This document shows positions 24,801 to 37,397 of a stretch of DNA of 64,000 bases, piece by piece. A program made the position numbers and the translations under genes. This DNA is from Monocercomonoides exilis PA203 (lineage: Eukaryota > Protista > Preaxostyla). The stretch spans positions 2,108,001-2,172,000 of the forward strand of contig LSRY02000004.1 of the NCBI GenBank assembly GCA_001643675.2. Reading direction: 5' to 3'. Every line of letters starts with the position of its first letter. Positions within the stretch are counted from its first letter, which is position 1. Below the pieces are notes generated by a model. It saw nothing but the letters and a program-made list of their open reading frames with translations, did no database searches and was not told the origin of the DNA.

Positions 24801-27800
24801 TTGAGAAAAGGACACTTCAAAGTGATCAACGATTTCAATTGCTTCATTCGTTTGTCTGTTGAAGCATCAGGAAATGGCATGCTACTCAAAGAAGAAGAGG
24901 AGGAGGAGGAAGATGGTGAACTCATTTTGTATAAGCTTCTTTTCGATTGATTTCGTGAAAGTCTTCCTTTGTGTGGTTTGCAAAATGATTCACTATCATC
25001 ATTGCAATCATCATAATCATCAACTTCTTCTTCTTCTTCTTCTTCTTCTCTTTCGTCATCATCTTCTTCTTTCTCTTCATCATCTCCACTACGGCAGAAA
25101 CACTCAACAGCAGCAAAAGGATCTTCTACCATTCCATCCCCTCGAATGAAAAAAGGCTCTTCCACTTCGACATATCTATTGTTATCATCATCTTCTCTTT
25201 CCTCCTCTTCTCCTTCTTCTTTGTTAATCTCCTCCTTCTCTTTTTCCTCTTCTTCATCATCATCACCTTCCCTCTCTTTCATCTTTCTCGTCTCCTTCTT
25301 CTCTGCCTTCTCTCTCTCCGAATTCGCCTCAAATGGTCTGAATTCCTTCCACCCGACACACACTTTCTTCTTCACTTTGTCCGGAATCATCACTTTCAGC
25401 GCCTCGTATTCAAATCTTCCTTCTTTCGAAGAGCAAAAAGAGCTGTCTGAAACAGGAGGGCGCGGAAGAGGAAGAGGAATTGGAATGAGCAGCTCAAATT
25501 CGACCAGAAATATCAGCGTCAAAAGCGGGTGAGGATAGCAAAAGCGGATAAATGTCGATTTTTTGGCTTTTGAAGAAGGGAAGTAATTGACAACGTTCAT
25601 CTTTTTGGCGTCTTTGCTTTGCATCGAAGAAGCTTTGCCTTTCACAAGAGGAATTGAAAGAGGCTTTTCAGATAACATTTTGTAAGTGTTGTGCACGAAG
25701 ACATGGAGGGTGCGGGAGAGGATGATGACAGACTGATCATCTGAGGGGAAAAATAAAATTTATTAATATACAAAATAATAAAAATAAGAAGTTAATGTGG
25801 ATGAATTATTGAACATAATCACTTCAAAAGCACAAACCGTTGTCTATCCCATTCTCTGCCAGTCTGACGTAATTCACTTTTGTTCTGATCTGCTCTTCGA
25901 GTGATGCATCCATCTTCACACACACATTCTCTAATTTCAGTGTCAGCGGTACAACTTCAATCGGATTCGCCAAGCAATTTCCAAAGAAGAGTGGACGTTG
26001 TGTCACAATTGTGCGGAGCGTGCGATAACCAGAAGGAAAGAGCGAAAGAGAGAGAGAGGAGAAGATGAAATCTTGATTCCTCTCTTTCACTTGCTCCTTC
26101 TTTGCGGTGCTTGGCTTCTCGCAGAAGTCGTCGCGCTCCCAAAAATTCTGATCCAGCCAGGATGAACCAAGAAAGGGAACATATTTCGATTTATACTTCG
26201 ACTTCGACAGGTCTTCGTACTTATTCTCTTCCCTTAGCGTAGCTTCTGCGTATTCGTCTTCTTCTCTGTCGTCCTCTTCGTCTTCATTACTGTCTTCTTC
26301 TTTGTCATCTTCATCGTCATCTTCATCATCTTCGTCGCTTCCCTCATCAGAACTTCTTTTTCTCTTCGATTTCTTTCGCTTCAAATGTGAATTAGTTCTT
26401 TTCATCTGCCCGCTCTTCTTCTTTTTCTTTTGGGCTGCTTTCTTATTTTCATTGCCTTTTGCTGTTTTCTGCTTTTGAATCTTTTCCTTTGTGAATGCAT
26501 CGATTATCCTCTGCTTCTCTCTCATTTCTTCTTCTTCTGATTCTTCCAGAACTGAATTTATCAGATTCAATGTCCGCTCCAAAATCAGAACTTGAGGTGT
26601 TTTTTTGCTTTGGCGAAATGCTTTCTCCTTCTTCTCTGGCTTTCTCTCTTTCAATAGGGTTGTTTTCATTTTCTCGGTTTTTTGATTTTTCGCTTGACTT
26701 TTTGATGAAGGTTTGTCACTTCTTCCTTTAAGATTTCTGTCTTCTTCTGAATCTTCCATATTTTCAGTGTTGCTTTCATCAACATTTTGTTCTTCTGCTT
26801 TCTTTTTCTTTCGCGAAGGATACAATTCTAACAGCTCTGCTTCAATGAAGTCTTTTTGTTCGAGCAATTCTTTCTTCATCGTCTGCTTCAAAATCACTCG
26901 AAGCGCTGGCGATATGACGCCAACCTGTGACAACGATGCATTACGCTCTTCGATGATCGCATACGATGGTAAAGCCTTACTGAGCTTTGTGAGCATCTTG
27001 TGTGGAACTAATGTGAAAGTTAGTTCTGATTCTTGCATTGGAAGGAGATTGGCTGAAAAAACAAAAGAATCAGTCATTTTTTGGACAATAATGCAAATTA
27101 GCAAAACAACAAACGTTGAACGCCAAGATCTGTTTGCACAAATAGCACTCGTGGCGAACCATACGACAACTTTTTTCATAAGGAATAATAGAATTATTCA
27201 TACAAATCAAGAAAAAAAACCATTGAGAACGAAAGAGAGACAGAGATAATCAAATTTAAGTTCAAACACCAACAGTTTCTTGAAATGGAAGCAATGATGA
27301 TTTCTTGTAGTTGCTGAAGTCCGCTTCACTTTTTATGTGATCTTTTTGAATTGTGGTCCACCCAATTCCTGTTTCTCTGAAAACTCTGTTGTATTGATCC
27401 AAAACTAAAAAAAAAAAATCAATTATAGTTTGAATAATTTGATCCTTCGTATAGCAATTAAATCATGAAATGAGGCATACCTACGAATGTTAACTCAATA
27501 ATTATTTGAAAGGATATGTCATCTGCAATGAAAAACAAAGCATCATTTGTAATACATTGGAAAACATCGGATTCTATTTCTTGGCGCTCGTGAAGTCTTC
27601 CTTCGTACGTTTCTCCAAGTACAGTCCTTGTTGTTGTGTTTAAAAAAGTGATGCTATAACGATAAAAGCATGGGAAATCGGTTATTCCTGATTTCTGAAA
27701 TAGAAACAAATTAAATATCAAGTGTATAATTATTTATTAAAGCATACTATTTCTGGATGCTCTCGAATTCGATCTAATGAATGGAGAAACAGACAAAATC

Positions 27801-27811
27801 CTTTCATTCAT
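18881..27811 (-). CDS. NPHP4: Nephrocystin-4-like protein (N-terminal C2-type region) with a very long Ser/His-rich tail, multi-exon
   Basis: Collinear motifs matching recalled NPHP4: YSITFLNTTTRTVLGETY, LSYGSPRVLF (~LYHGTPRALL), LTFTLVPHKML..LPSY (~LQYTLKPHPAL..LPEN), ILSRTLHVFVHNT (~ILERRLRVGVHNG) and HPLLTLIFLVEF. The exon starting at 23701 is in frame with the 18881-23203 ORF. Confidence 0.7.
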
Positions 27812-27957
27812 TTTTGAAAGATAATGTAATGGGCAGAAAAGAAAACTTGTTAATGCGTTTCTTTGTGCATATTGCTGTTATTTTCACATTCATTTTTGAA
27901 ATTATAAGGAGACATGAGAGTATTTGTATTGCGATCCCGTTACAAAAGTTTTTATAA
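27812..27957. promoter_or_regulatory. Short head-to-head (bidirectional) intergenic region
   Basis: Only 146 bp between the divergent ATGs at 27811 (-) and 27958 (+). Confidence 0.55.
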
Positions 27958-29890
27958 ATGTTAAAATCAAATGCAATTGTCACGAATGTTATGAATGGTA
28001 AATAGATTGCTCAAATTATTAATTTGCTATTCAAAAATATTGATGTTTTCAATTTTATTTCAAAACAATGTACGACAACCTTTGGCAACATGAAGGTAAT
28101 GATTATGTTGGTGGCGCTTTAGTTCTTGGACATTCGATCAAAAGACACCTTAAAGTGCCTTGCGACCTTATATGCTTAGTAACTTCTGATGTTACAAACG
28201 ATGCTAGACTAACTTTAACCAAGATATTTGGTATTTGCGTGTTTTCGTGTTAATTCAGAAATAATTATTTTATTCTTGATAGATTTTGTAATTGAAATTG
28301 AAAAGATTGAATGGCCATGCAACATTGATAAATGGAAGAGATTTAAAGACAGCTACAAATGGATTTATTCTTGCTTTACGAAATTAAACGCATTTCAACT
28401 ATCTTGCTATCAAAGAATTCTTCTTCTTGACGCTGATATGATGGCAGTTGGTTCAGTTGATGAACTTTTCACAAATACATTTGTTTGCTGTTAATTGCGT
28501 TCATATTTATGAACTTCGTGATTTTTCCATTTCTAAAAAAAAAATCATAATCTAATTATTTTCTTTTTAATAGAATCTTCCTTTAGGAACTGTTACCGGT
28601 GATGAATGCAGCAATTTAGAATTAGGCGCTGTAGTAAATAGAACGCGTGTTGTCGATTCACTTCGAATGTGCTATGGAATTAGCGGTTGTAGCTTGCTTT
28701 TCGAGCCTAATGTTAAGGATTTTGAAGGGATGCTAATTGAACTTACGCAAAACAAACATTACGGGAATGAAAGATTCAATGCAGGGCCCGACGAACAACT
28801 TGTCGCACAGTATTTTCTTAAGAAAAACAAATGCTGGCATTATTTGCCATCCAAATATTCTATTCCTGGCTGGAAGTCGAAGCTTGTGGAGGGACTTGCA
28901 AAGTTGATACCAAATGAAAAAACAATAGAAGAGCCAAAAGGAAGTAATCATAAGGGAGCAAAAAGAAGGGAGAGAGGTTCTGAAGATAACGAAGAATTTA
29001 TTGGTTTTGGGAAAAGAGGAAAATGGCAAAGTGCAAAAAGAAAAGAAAGAGAAGAAAAAACGACTCAATTGATTCAACCTGCTGAGTTAACAGACGAAGA
29101 CAAAGCAAAGATTGAAAGAAGAAGGCAAAGATTCGGAGGCTTAACGACAAATATCAACAATCAGCCAAGTTCTGATTTGAGCCAGTTGCAAGCGTCGCAA
29201 TCAACAGAAACACCAGAAGCGAAAGCCGAAGAGCAGACATCCAGCGAAGAGGCAAAAGACGCATTGGAAAGTGACTCAACGGCTCTTATCCACTTTGTGA
29301 CGGAGAAGCCTTGGCGCTCGCAACACGGAGACTGGGCAGACTTCAAGCTGTGGAATGCAGAAGTGCGCTTGCTGTGCAGAAATGACAGTGAAAAACCAGA
29401 AAAAAGAGAAGATTGCACCAAAAAGAAAGAAAAGTTGGATAATTCTGAAACAGAAAGAAAGGAGGGGCCTAATGAACTGCAGCAAAATGAACAGACAGAA
29501 GGAACTTCTGAAGATGAAAAGAAAATTTCAGAAGATTTGGCAGCTTCCGCAGAAAATGAAGCAAGCCCATCAACATCCATTGAATCATCTGCTTCTTTAT
29601 CCACACAAACCATTCTTTCTGTCTCTGCAACATTGTTTTCAAATTGGTTCCCAAAACGCATATTTGAATCTGATCCATTTAAAGAAGAAGATTCTGCACT
29701 TTCATCGAGTTCTTCAGTAAGCTCTTCTTCTGTTATGTCGTCTTCGCTGCCTCCTCATCCATTCAGAGAGTCTGATGCTGTTATTTCACAGCCTGAACAG
29801 CATCGCTGCCTTCATCTGAGAGACTTTCTCTCCAAACGTGGAATTGCATACATGGAACCGTCTTCAATTGTCCCCGCACTGCATTCATAA
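27958..29890 (+). CDS. Glycosyltransferase family 8 (glycogenin-like), multi-exon
   Basis: AIVT...DYVGGALVLGHSI, FTKLNAFQL...ILLLDADM (DxD), GPDEQL and IHFVTEKPW. Short GT-AG introns separate the ORF pieces. Confidence 0.88.
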
Positions 29891-30296
29891 CTAATCAATG
29901 GGATTAGAGTTTGAACTTTATGAAGAAGAGTTAGAACTGTTGTGAAATAGAGAAAAGAAATGATCAAGAGAAAAAAGAAAGTTCTTTTTTTTTATTCTCT
30001 CGAAATTTTCATTTTTTAATTTCGTATTTTTGATTTTAAATAGCAAATTTAATTATCTTCAATGTTACTTTTTTCATTAAGCATCGAATCCATAATTCTC
30101 ATGAAAGATGAAAATCTTTATAAAAAATTTTTCGTTTCTGTTTTTCTTAAATGCGTATTGGCAATTTGGGCATCTATTGATTGACAAAATGAGAATTGAT
30201 TTTAAAATATGTTTTTCTTTTTTCTTCAAAACCTCTGTATTATTTTTTAACTATCTTAAATAAGAGGAATCAAGAAACTTCAAAAACAACTGTTAT

Positions 30297-30338
30297 CAAA
30301 ATGAGAAAAGTATTTTTAAAAATACTTTTCTCATTTTG
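30297..30338. repeat. Perfect 42-bp palindrome
   Basis: caaaatgagaaaagtattttt / aaaaatacttttctcattttg, with no spacer. Confidence 0.92.
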
Positions 30339-30476
30339 TCATGTTTTCATGATGTGAAATATGTTTGAAAAATGCTTGCTTCCTGATAAGTGAATGGTTT
30401 TATCCATAATTTTCAATAGCTAAAATAAGACAATATCAGAATGAAAAAGAATTGGTTTGCAACTTGAAAAACACAT

Positions 30477-32000
30477 TTGTTGTACCTTGACAAACCTCGA
30501 ACTCATCAACACCTCCTGTGTGTGAGCCATCTCACCATGGAACCTCTCAGTGGCTGTGCATTCATCACGTCACAACATCACTCAGCTGCCACCATCTGCT
30601 CCTCCACTTGCCAAGTCAACCCAGCAGCAAAATCACCACTTTTCCTCTCTGCACATGCCTCCTTCGCTCTCACAAGCTTCTCCCTTACCACCCCCCAACC
30701 GGCCATTTTCTCCTTCCCCCTCTTATCTGCCCCAAACAATCTCCTACCAGATGCCCACTCTCCAATCCCTGCCTCCTTCTCCATCTCCCACTCCTCTTTC
30801 TCCTCCTTCATCTCCCTCGTCCAGCCCTTTCTTTTTTCTCTTTCATCTTTCTCGTCTTCATCCACATCATCTTCTTTTTCTTCCCCTTCCCCTTCCCCTT
30901 CCCCTTCGATTTCCTCTTCCTCTTCCCCTCTCCATAACCATCGCCAATCCCATCCCCACCTCCAAATCCACCTCAATCTCCATCTCTCACACACCCTCTT
31001 CTCCAACATCTCATCTCCCCAATCCCATCCATCTCTTCAATCCCTTCACTCACATTCACTCAATTCATTCATCTCAACCACTTCTTCCTCTTCTTCCACT
31101 TCCTCTTCCACCAACACCAACACCAATACAATCCCCTCCTTCTCTCTTCACTCATCCCTTTCCATCCACTCATCCATCTTCCTCCACACTCACAACCCCA
31201 TCGATGGTGCCATTCTCCCCAACCTCAACATCCCATCCACTTCTTTCTCTGCCTTCAACACATCTTTTCTTCGCCAAACACGCTCTTCATCAAATGATCC
31301 TGTCAAGCATATTGGAACTGAATCTCAAAGAAAAGAATTAAAAAGATTGCCCTTTACTGCTTTGAATAGCTATATATTTGAGTGGTGCGAATGGAACGAT
31401 TCAAATGGACAAAATGATTATGGTGGAGCGCTTAATGTTGTTTGCGAAAATGCCAACCTCACAATCACTTCCTGCTCATTCAACAATTGTTCAACAAATG
31501 AACATCAAGCAATGGTGAAGGAGGAGCACTTCACACTTGCTGTTTGCAGAATGTGAACATCGCTAAATCCAATTTTTTCAAACTGTTCAGCTGCTCGTGG
31601 AGGTGCAGTTTATATGGATGGTCGACAATCATCTTCTGTCTATTCATTCTCAGATAATAGAGTTGAAGGTTGTAAAATAACAGGCACTGTTGGAACTGGT
31701 TTGTATTTCCATATTGAAGATTTTTCATCATACGGTCAATTCATGTTTTACAAATGCAAGTGCATTTCAAACTCAGGTGGTGATGCTGCTGGTTCTTTAA
31801 CATTCTATTGGCCTCCACAAAATGAACCAAGTTAGTTTTCAATCAATGATTGCCAATTTATTTATAACAATCTGACTGCTTCTAAATCTTATGGATGTGC
31901 CGCAATTTATTTTCATTCAACTTATTCCTGGATGAATGAAGCACAATTCATCACTTTCTGCTTCTTCGATGGCAACACTGCAACTTACGGCAGAGTTATA
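30477..32000 (+). pseudogene. Degenerate GGA-repeat (Pmp/pectin-lyase-like beta-helix) family gene
   Basis: GGAL / GGAV / FxNC repeats split over three frames, with frameshifts near 31505 and in the T6 run at ~31575, and an in-frame TAG at 31833. Homologous-style sequence continues after the stop (FCFFDGNTA). Confidence 0.7.
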
Positions 32001-34297
32001 TTTATGTATTTTTCTATAAAAATGCCATTACCAAGTCTTTCCTCAATTTGTCAACAACAGGAATGACCTTTTTCTATCATTTGTCAGTGTTCAAAAGATA
32101 TAAGGATGGTTTGTGTTTCAAATAAAAGAATTGTTTTCTGTTAAATAAACCAATCACAGCCAATTCTCGCCTTCTTCCATTGTCTTTCCCTTTCAATCCC
32201 CAGATTTTCAGCTCCAAGAAAGAATGAATGGAGAAATGGAAACTGAAAATACCTATTGGATTGAATCTGCCAACATGAGAAACCATTACCAAAGTGGATA
32301 CATCAACAAATGAAATTTATACGAATATGATCAATAGGCATCTCACCTTAAATATCTTTATCGCGAAATCATGTTCGATCTTTGCCTCAGTCAACTCAAA
32401 ACCACCAAAATTGATGATTTTTATCCAAAAAAAGAATCTTCAGCACAATTTCTGGGTTTGTATCACCTGCTTGTCAAGCACACAAATATCTATCCATTTT
32501 AGCTTTTCAGCACAAGTCTTGTGAACAATAATTTGAATTCTTCTTCTTCCAACAAGATGAACATTTGCTCTTCTTTTGCCAAAATCGCTGTTTCCTTCCG
32601 AGATCCAACTTTATTTCACAACGCCATTCAAAAAAGCTTAAAGATCAACAATCTTTCGACTTCCATATGGAGTTTTTGAAGCCTCATTCATCAGAAGCTT
32701 CGCAGAATCGATGAAAAAGTGACAAGGCATTTGTTTTGACATCTTGTGGTTTTTGTAAATTAACTGCTTCCTCTTCAATTGATGCGCTGATAAATGCACA
32801 AAAAAATAAAAAGGAAGAGGAATGTGTTTATCACTCTCGCATCTTTTTTTGTCTTTTTTTAAATCAATTTTTCATTGATAAAGAAGATTGGCCAATTGAG
32901 GAAAGTTAAGTGGAGCAGATTGTGTTGACAAGAATGTTCGTGTTTCTGTGTGTGAAAGATATCATTCGGCTGCCAGTCTGATTGAAAAAGCAACAAAAGT
33001 TAATCAAACAATTATTGAGATAAATGTGAAAACTGTTGAGCATGAATGAAATAGTTGGCCTTGTTGATGCAACTATTTTTTTTTTTTTTTTGAAATATAG
33101 TGGGTTATTCTTCTTCCCATAACGCTGGATTTGTGAAAAACGATGTCCGCAATTAAGTCTTTTGTATTTAGACCCAAAAACCAATAGTTCAAACAAAAAC
33201 TTTAAAACAGATAAATCTATATATTTGTTGAAAGACTAAGTTGAAGACAAATCTGGGAAATGAAAAAATAATAATAGCAGTATAAGTTATAGAAACAGTA
33301 ATAATATTCATTGTTAATATTGTTAACTGTGATTTCAAAGCAGACAAACCAAAAAATGATGTTTTGTGATCTTTTTCATTTCTTCCTTGCTTTTAACAAT
33401 TTGTAGTTGCAATCCTTCCTTCGATATCCTATCGCGTTCTTTATCCAAAAACGCTCAAATGTTTTCATCAATTTTTGTTCTAAACCACTTTCAATTTCAG
33501 TTGATCTTCCTTTTTCATTGAATTCCATTCCTTTGGTCTTCATTTATTCAATGCTAAACTGAACATCCTTCCATCTCTTGGCCAATTTTAAATTTGAAAT
33601 AGATTACAAAAATTACTCATATTGCACGCACTGTTAATTGAAAGATCATTTTCAGCTCTATTCCTACATTTCTACTTTGAAAAGAGTTAATTATCCACTT
33701 TATAAAACATTTTTATCCCGATGTTTGAAACAGCTAACAGATGCAAATATCTTTCGAAAGTGAGAGAAATTTGAAAATATAAGCATCCAAAGATTCACAT
33801 TTCAAAAAATGATTTTCCTTCAATGTTAATTTTTTTTCCAAAATGATCCTAAGCAATTCTATCTTCAATTACAAATAATTGTCGTTACGTTCTGAAACAG
33901 AAAAAATGTTTCCAATTCTGAAGGAAATATTATCTTGTTGATATCTCTTTTGGTGGATGGATAATTGGTTTATTGATTTAATTATGATCATTTAATCCAT
34001 AACAATAAAAATTAGTTTTTAAATCATTGGATCTTTTGAAACGCTTTGACAAATAATCAGGCACAAAGAAGGATGGTATGAGGACTGATATTTTCCTGAT
34101 TATTTCCAGTTTTCATCACAATTTTCTTATCGAAATAAACGCACTTTCAATCTTTACAATTAAAATTGTGGTGCTTTATATTGACAATATATTGCAAAAA
34201 AATTTTTTATGTGGTTGAAGAACATTGCTAATCCATCTGGTGGTTTGCAAAAGTTGTTACACTTGAATTCTCGTTAATTAAAGTTTTTTTTGTAGAA

Positions 34298-35612
34298 TTG
34301 TTTTCTGTGCTTAAACATTGCGGTGAATTTGAATGGAAAGAAAAAGTTGAGGAAATGAATAGAATGTTGGAGGGAATGAATCCAGATGAATTCACATCCA
34401 TTTTAACAGAAGACCTCTTCAATATAATGTACAAAATGATTAAAGAAAAGGAATTGACTCTGGAAAATATCGTTACATCATTAAAGCATATAGGATATTA
34501 CAAAGTCTTGAAACAAGCATTCATTATTTCTTTTGAAGATTCTTTTTTGTGTGAGAGATTTGAGTCAATGATTATTGATGAAAATGAGAAAAATGAAGAA
34601 AAGAATGAAAAGCTTCTGGTTGATCTTTGCGAATGCTATCTTATGCTGCATGATTCAGAGATTAGCAAAGAATTGCTTTCAATAAGTGTTTTCTGCCTTC
34701 TAAATTTTGCTTCGAACAAGGAGGAAAACGAGGAAACTCAAAAAGAAGTGGAAATGGCTTTTGTGGCTTTGACTCGCGTCGAAAGGTTTACAGTATGATA
34801 TTGTTTTAACTTTATTAATTTGTTATTTTTTCTGGTTTTTTTATAAGTGTGTGAAAAAAGAACTTTACAAAAATAGGATAAAAGAGGTCATTCAATATCA
34901 CCAGGAACATCATAACCTGACCCGTCTTGCCTATCAGTCTGTTTGGGAGTTTTTGATAAACAGATTAAACAGCAACAAAAGTTTGAATAAGGTTTTTGTG
35001 AACGAGCTACATTTTATCAGAGAGGCTATAAAGGAACTAGAAGAGCTGGCAAAAAACATTCATTGGAAGAGAGAGAAAGAAGAGGAAAAAGGAAACGAAA
35101 CGAAAGAAGAGATTGTTTTGTTGAGATGGATTCAAGCATTGGATTTATATTTTTACGTATACAGATTGTGGAAAGTGGAATATGTCGAACTGATAAGTTG
35201 CCTTGTCAATTTATGCAGAGCAGCAAGAGAGAGTAAAAGTGAGATAGTTGATTGGTGTTTTTATCTTTTAAAGACAATTGCAGAAATTGAAACTGTAAGT
35301 GTTGATGCTTTTTCAAAGGGTGGAGCTGTTGATCTGATTTTGGAAGGGATGCAACAGCCCACATTTGAAGACAAAATTACAAGTCATCGTTTGAAATTCT
35401 TTTTGGCACTTTCAGGAAAATTGAAGAGAAAGAAGGATAATGAAAGCGGAGATGTTAAAAGAAAATTGTCAAAAATGGAGATATTTGAAAGGATAGAGGA
35501 AGAAGGATATGAAGATATCATCACAAGCTTTCATGAAACTCTTTATTTTTTAAGTATAATCTATGATTATGAATTATCAGTTAGTATTTCTGATTATTTT
35601 GTGAGTATTTGA
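34298..35612 (+). CDS. Member of a lineage-expanded helical protein family typical of Monocercomonoides
   Basis: Recalled family motifs EKNEKLLVDLCECY, KEENEETQKEVEMA, IQYHQEHHNLTRLAYQS and EEEGYEDIITSF. Phase-0 intron 34793-34847. The 5' end is not resolved. Confidence 0.75.
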
Positions 35613-36146
35613 GAAAATGCGATACATTTTATTTTGTACTTCATATTTTTTGCTTTTCTTTTAAATCGTTTTCCAATTCAACAAACAACTATTTGAATTT
35701 TTTTTTATGTGAAAGTTCTTTAAATATGTATTCAATTTTATTTTGCATTGTTTTGTCTTTAATTTTTTTCATTTTTCAGAATTCTACAACCCAAAATGAA
35801 CAGAAGTTTTATTTGATGATTATTCGGTTCTTCTTTTCTTTATTTAATTACCTTTTCATTGATTTGTTGATTATTGACATTTTGTGAACGATTCTTTTGT
35901 ATGATACATTAAACCGAAGATTTTTTATTACATTATCATTATTTTTTTAAAATTGAAACAGAAGAAAGGTTAAATAAAAATGCGAATAACAAATCGTTGT
36001 GTACTAATCAAATAATATTATTTCTTCCTTTTCTTCTGAAGCTCTTTGCCTATGCAATTTTTTTTCTCAAACACTTTGATTTTTGAAAAAATAATTTTCT
36101 TTATTTTTTCTTTTCTTTTCTTTTCTTTTTCATAAAACAAATAATA

Positions 36147-36705
36147 CAGTTATCGCAAAAAATACCGGACATCGCACAAAATACCGGACAAAATCGATTT
36201 CACAATAACTGCAAGATGAATAATTCTGACAATTTTCCTCAAATTATTTGAGATGAAATTTCTGGTTTTGTGAAAAAAACAAAGATTTGTTCCAAACTTT
36301 TTCTGTAATTATATCATAATAAGTCTTGTCTTCCCATGCAAAAAATAAACAGAAAATTGATAAAATTGAGAAAAATAAAAGAAATTATATAGTGGAACAA
36401 AATTCTAAATGCAAAAAATTTCGTCCCATATCTCAATGATACAAACTCAATTGATAAACGAGACTTTTCAAATAGCTTCATTTGTGCTCAATAAAAATAA
36501 TTATTGAAATATCGGAGAAATAATATTTTGAATTTTTCGAAGATTTCTATAATAATATTCTCTGAGCACAAATGAAGCTATTTTGAAAGTCTCTTTTATC
36601 AATTGAGTTTGTATTGATGATGTGTATTTTGAGGGAAAATGTCAGAATTTCACCTCTTGCAGTTATTGTGAAATCGATCTTGTCCGGTATTTTTTGCGAT
36701 AACTG
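36147..36705. mobile_element. Tc1/mariner-type MITE, 559 bp, non-coding
   Basis: TIRs of about 80 bp beginning CAGTTATCGCAAAAAATACCGGACA at 36147 and ending ...TGTCCGGTATTTTTTGCGATAACTG at 36705. TA flanks at 36145-36146 and 36706-36707. Confidence 0.9.
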
Positions 36706-37397
36706 TATTTACAAAATAAAAAAATTATGAAAATACAAAAATTTCGGGGAAAAAAAAATAATAAATAAATAAATAATAATTTGTATTTCGAAAATGGGGG
36801 GAAATTTTTTCTTTAATGAAAAAAACTTTGTTTTGAAACAAACTTTTTCCCTGTCATATCATAGAATGTCAAACATTCCCATGCTTAAGTGTAAAGAAAA
36901 AAAGAAAATTGATTAAAACATCAAAAATTATTAGGTGGAACAAAATTTATAAAGTCTAAAATTTCGTTCCAGACAATCATTCGAGATCATGTATTTCTCC
37001 GAAAACATTTTGCAAAAGTCAAATGAAAATTTTCAAAGCAAACAAGATTTTTTAAAGAAACTTCATTTATATTGATAAGCATTTTTATGAAATCTCAATT
37101 TGTTTTATCGTATATTTTTTTTGTGTTTTGAAGAAGAAATGAATGAGACAATTTTGATGTTCAAATTGAAGAAAAGTTAAAAGTTATTCTCATTTAAATT
37201 GAATTTAGGATGCTAGTATTATAATTAAGAAGAAATCACATGACCGAGTTGCTAACAATTTTTCGAAAAATTGAATCACCATAATAATTTTAACTTTTTT
37301 GTTTTTTTAATTAAATTTGTATTCTTTTGTTACATCATAACCAAAAGTTAAACAGATTAAAAATAAATTAAGAAGCTTTTTTTATTGGGGATAAGTC

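Noticed and set aside
32077-34250. Short ORFs as real genes or a transposase
   Set aside because: Multiple stops and no recognisable motif; treated only as possible relics.
36152-36189. CRISPR-like direct repeat
   Set aside because: Only two adjacent 19-nt copies without a spacer, inside a MITE TIR in a eukaryote.
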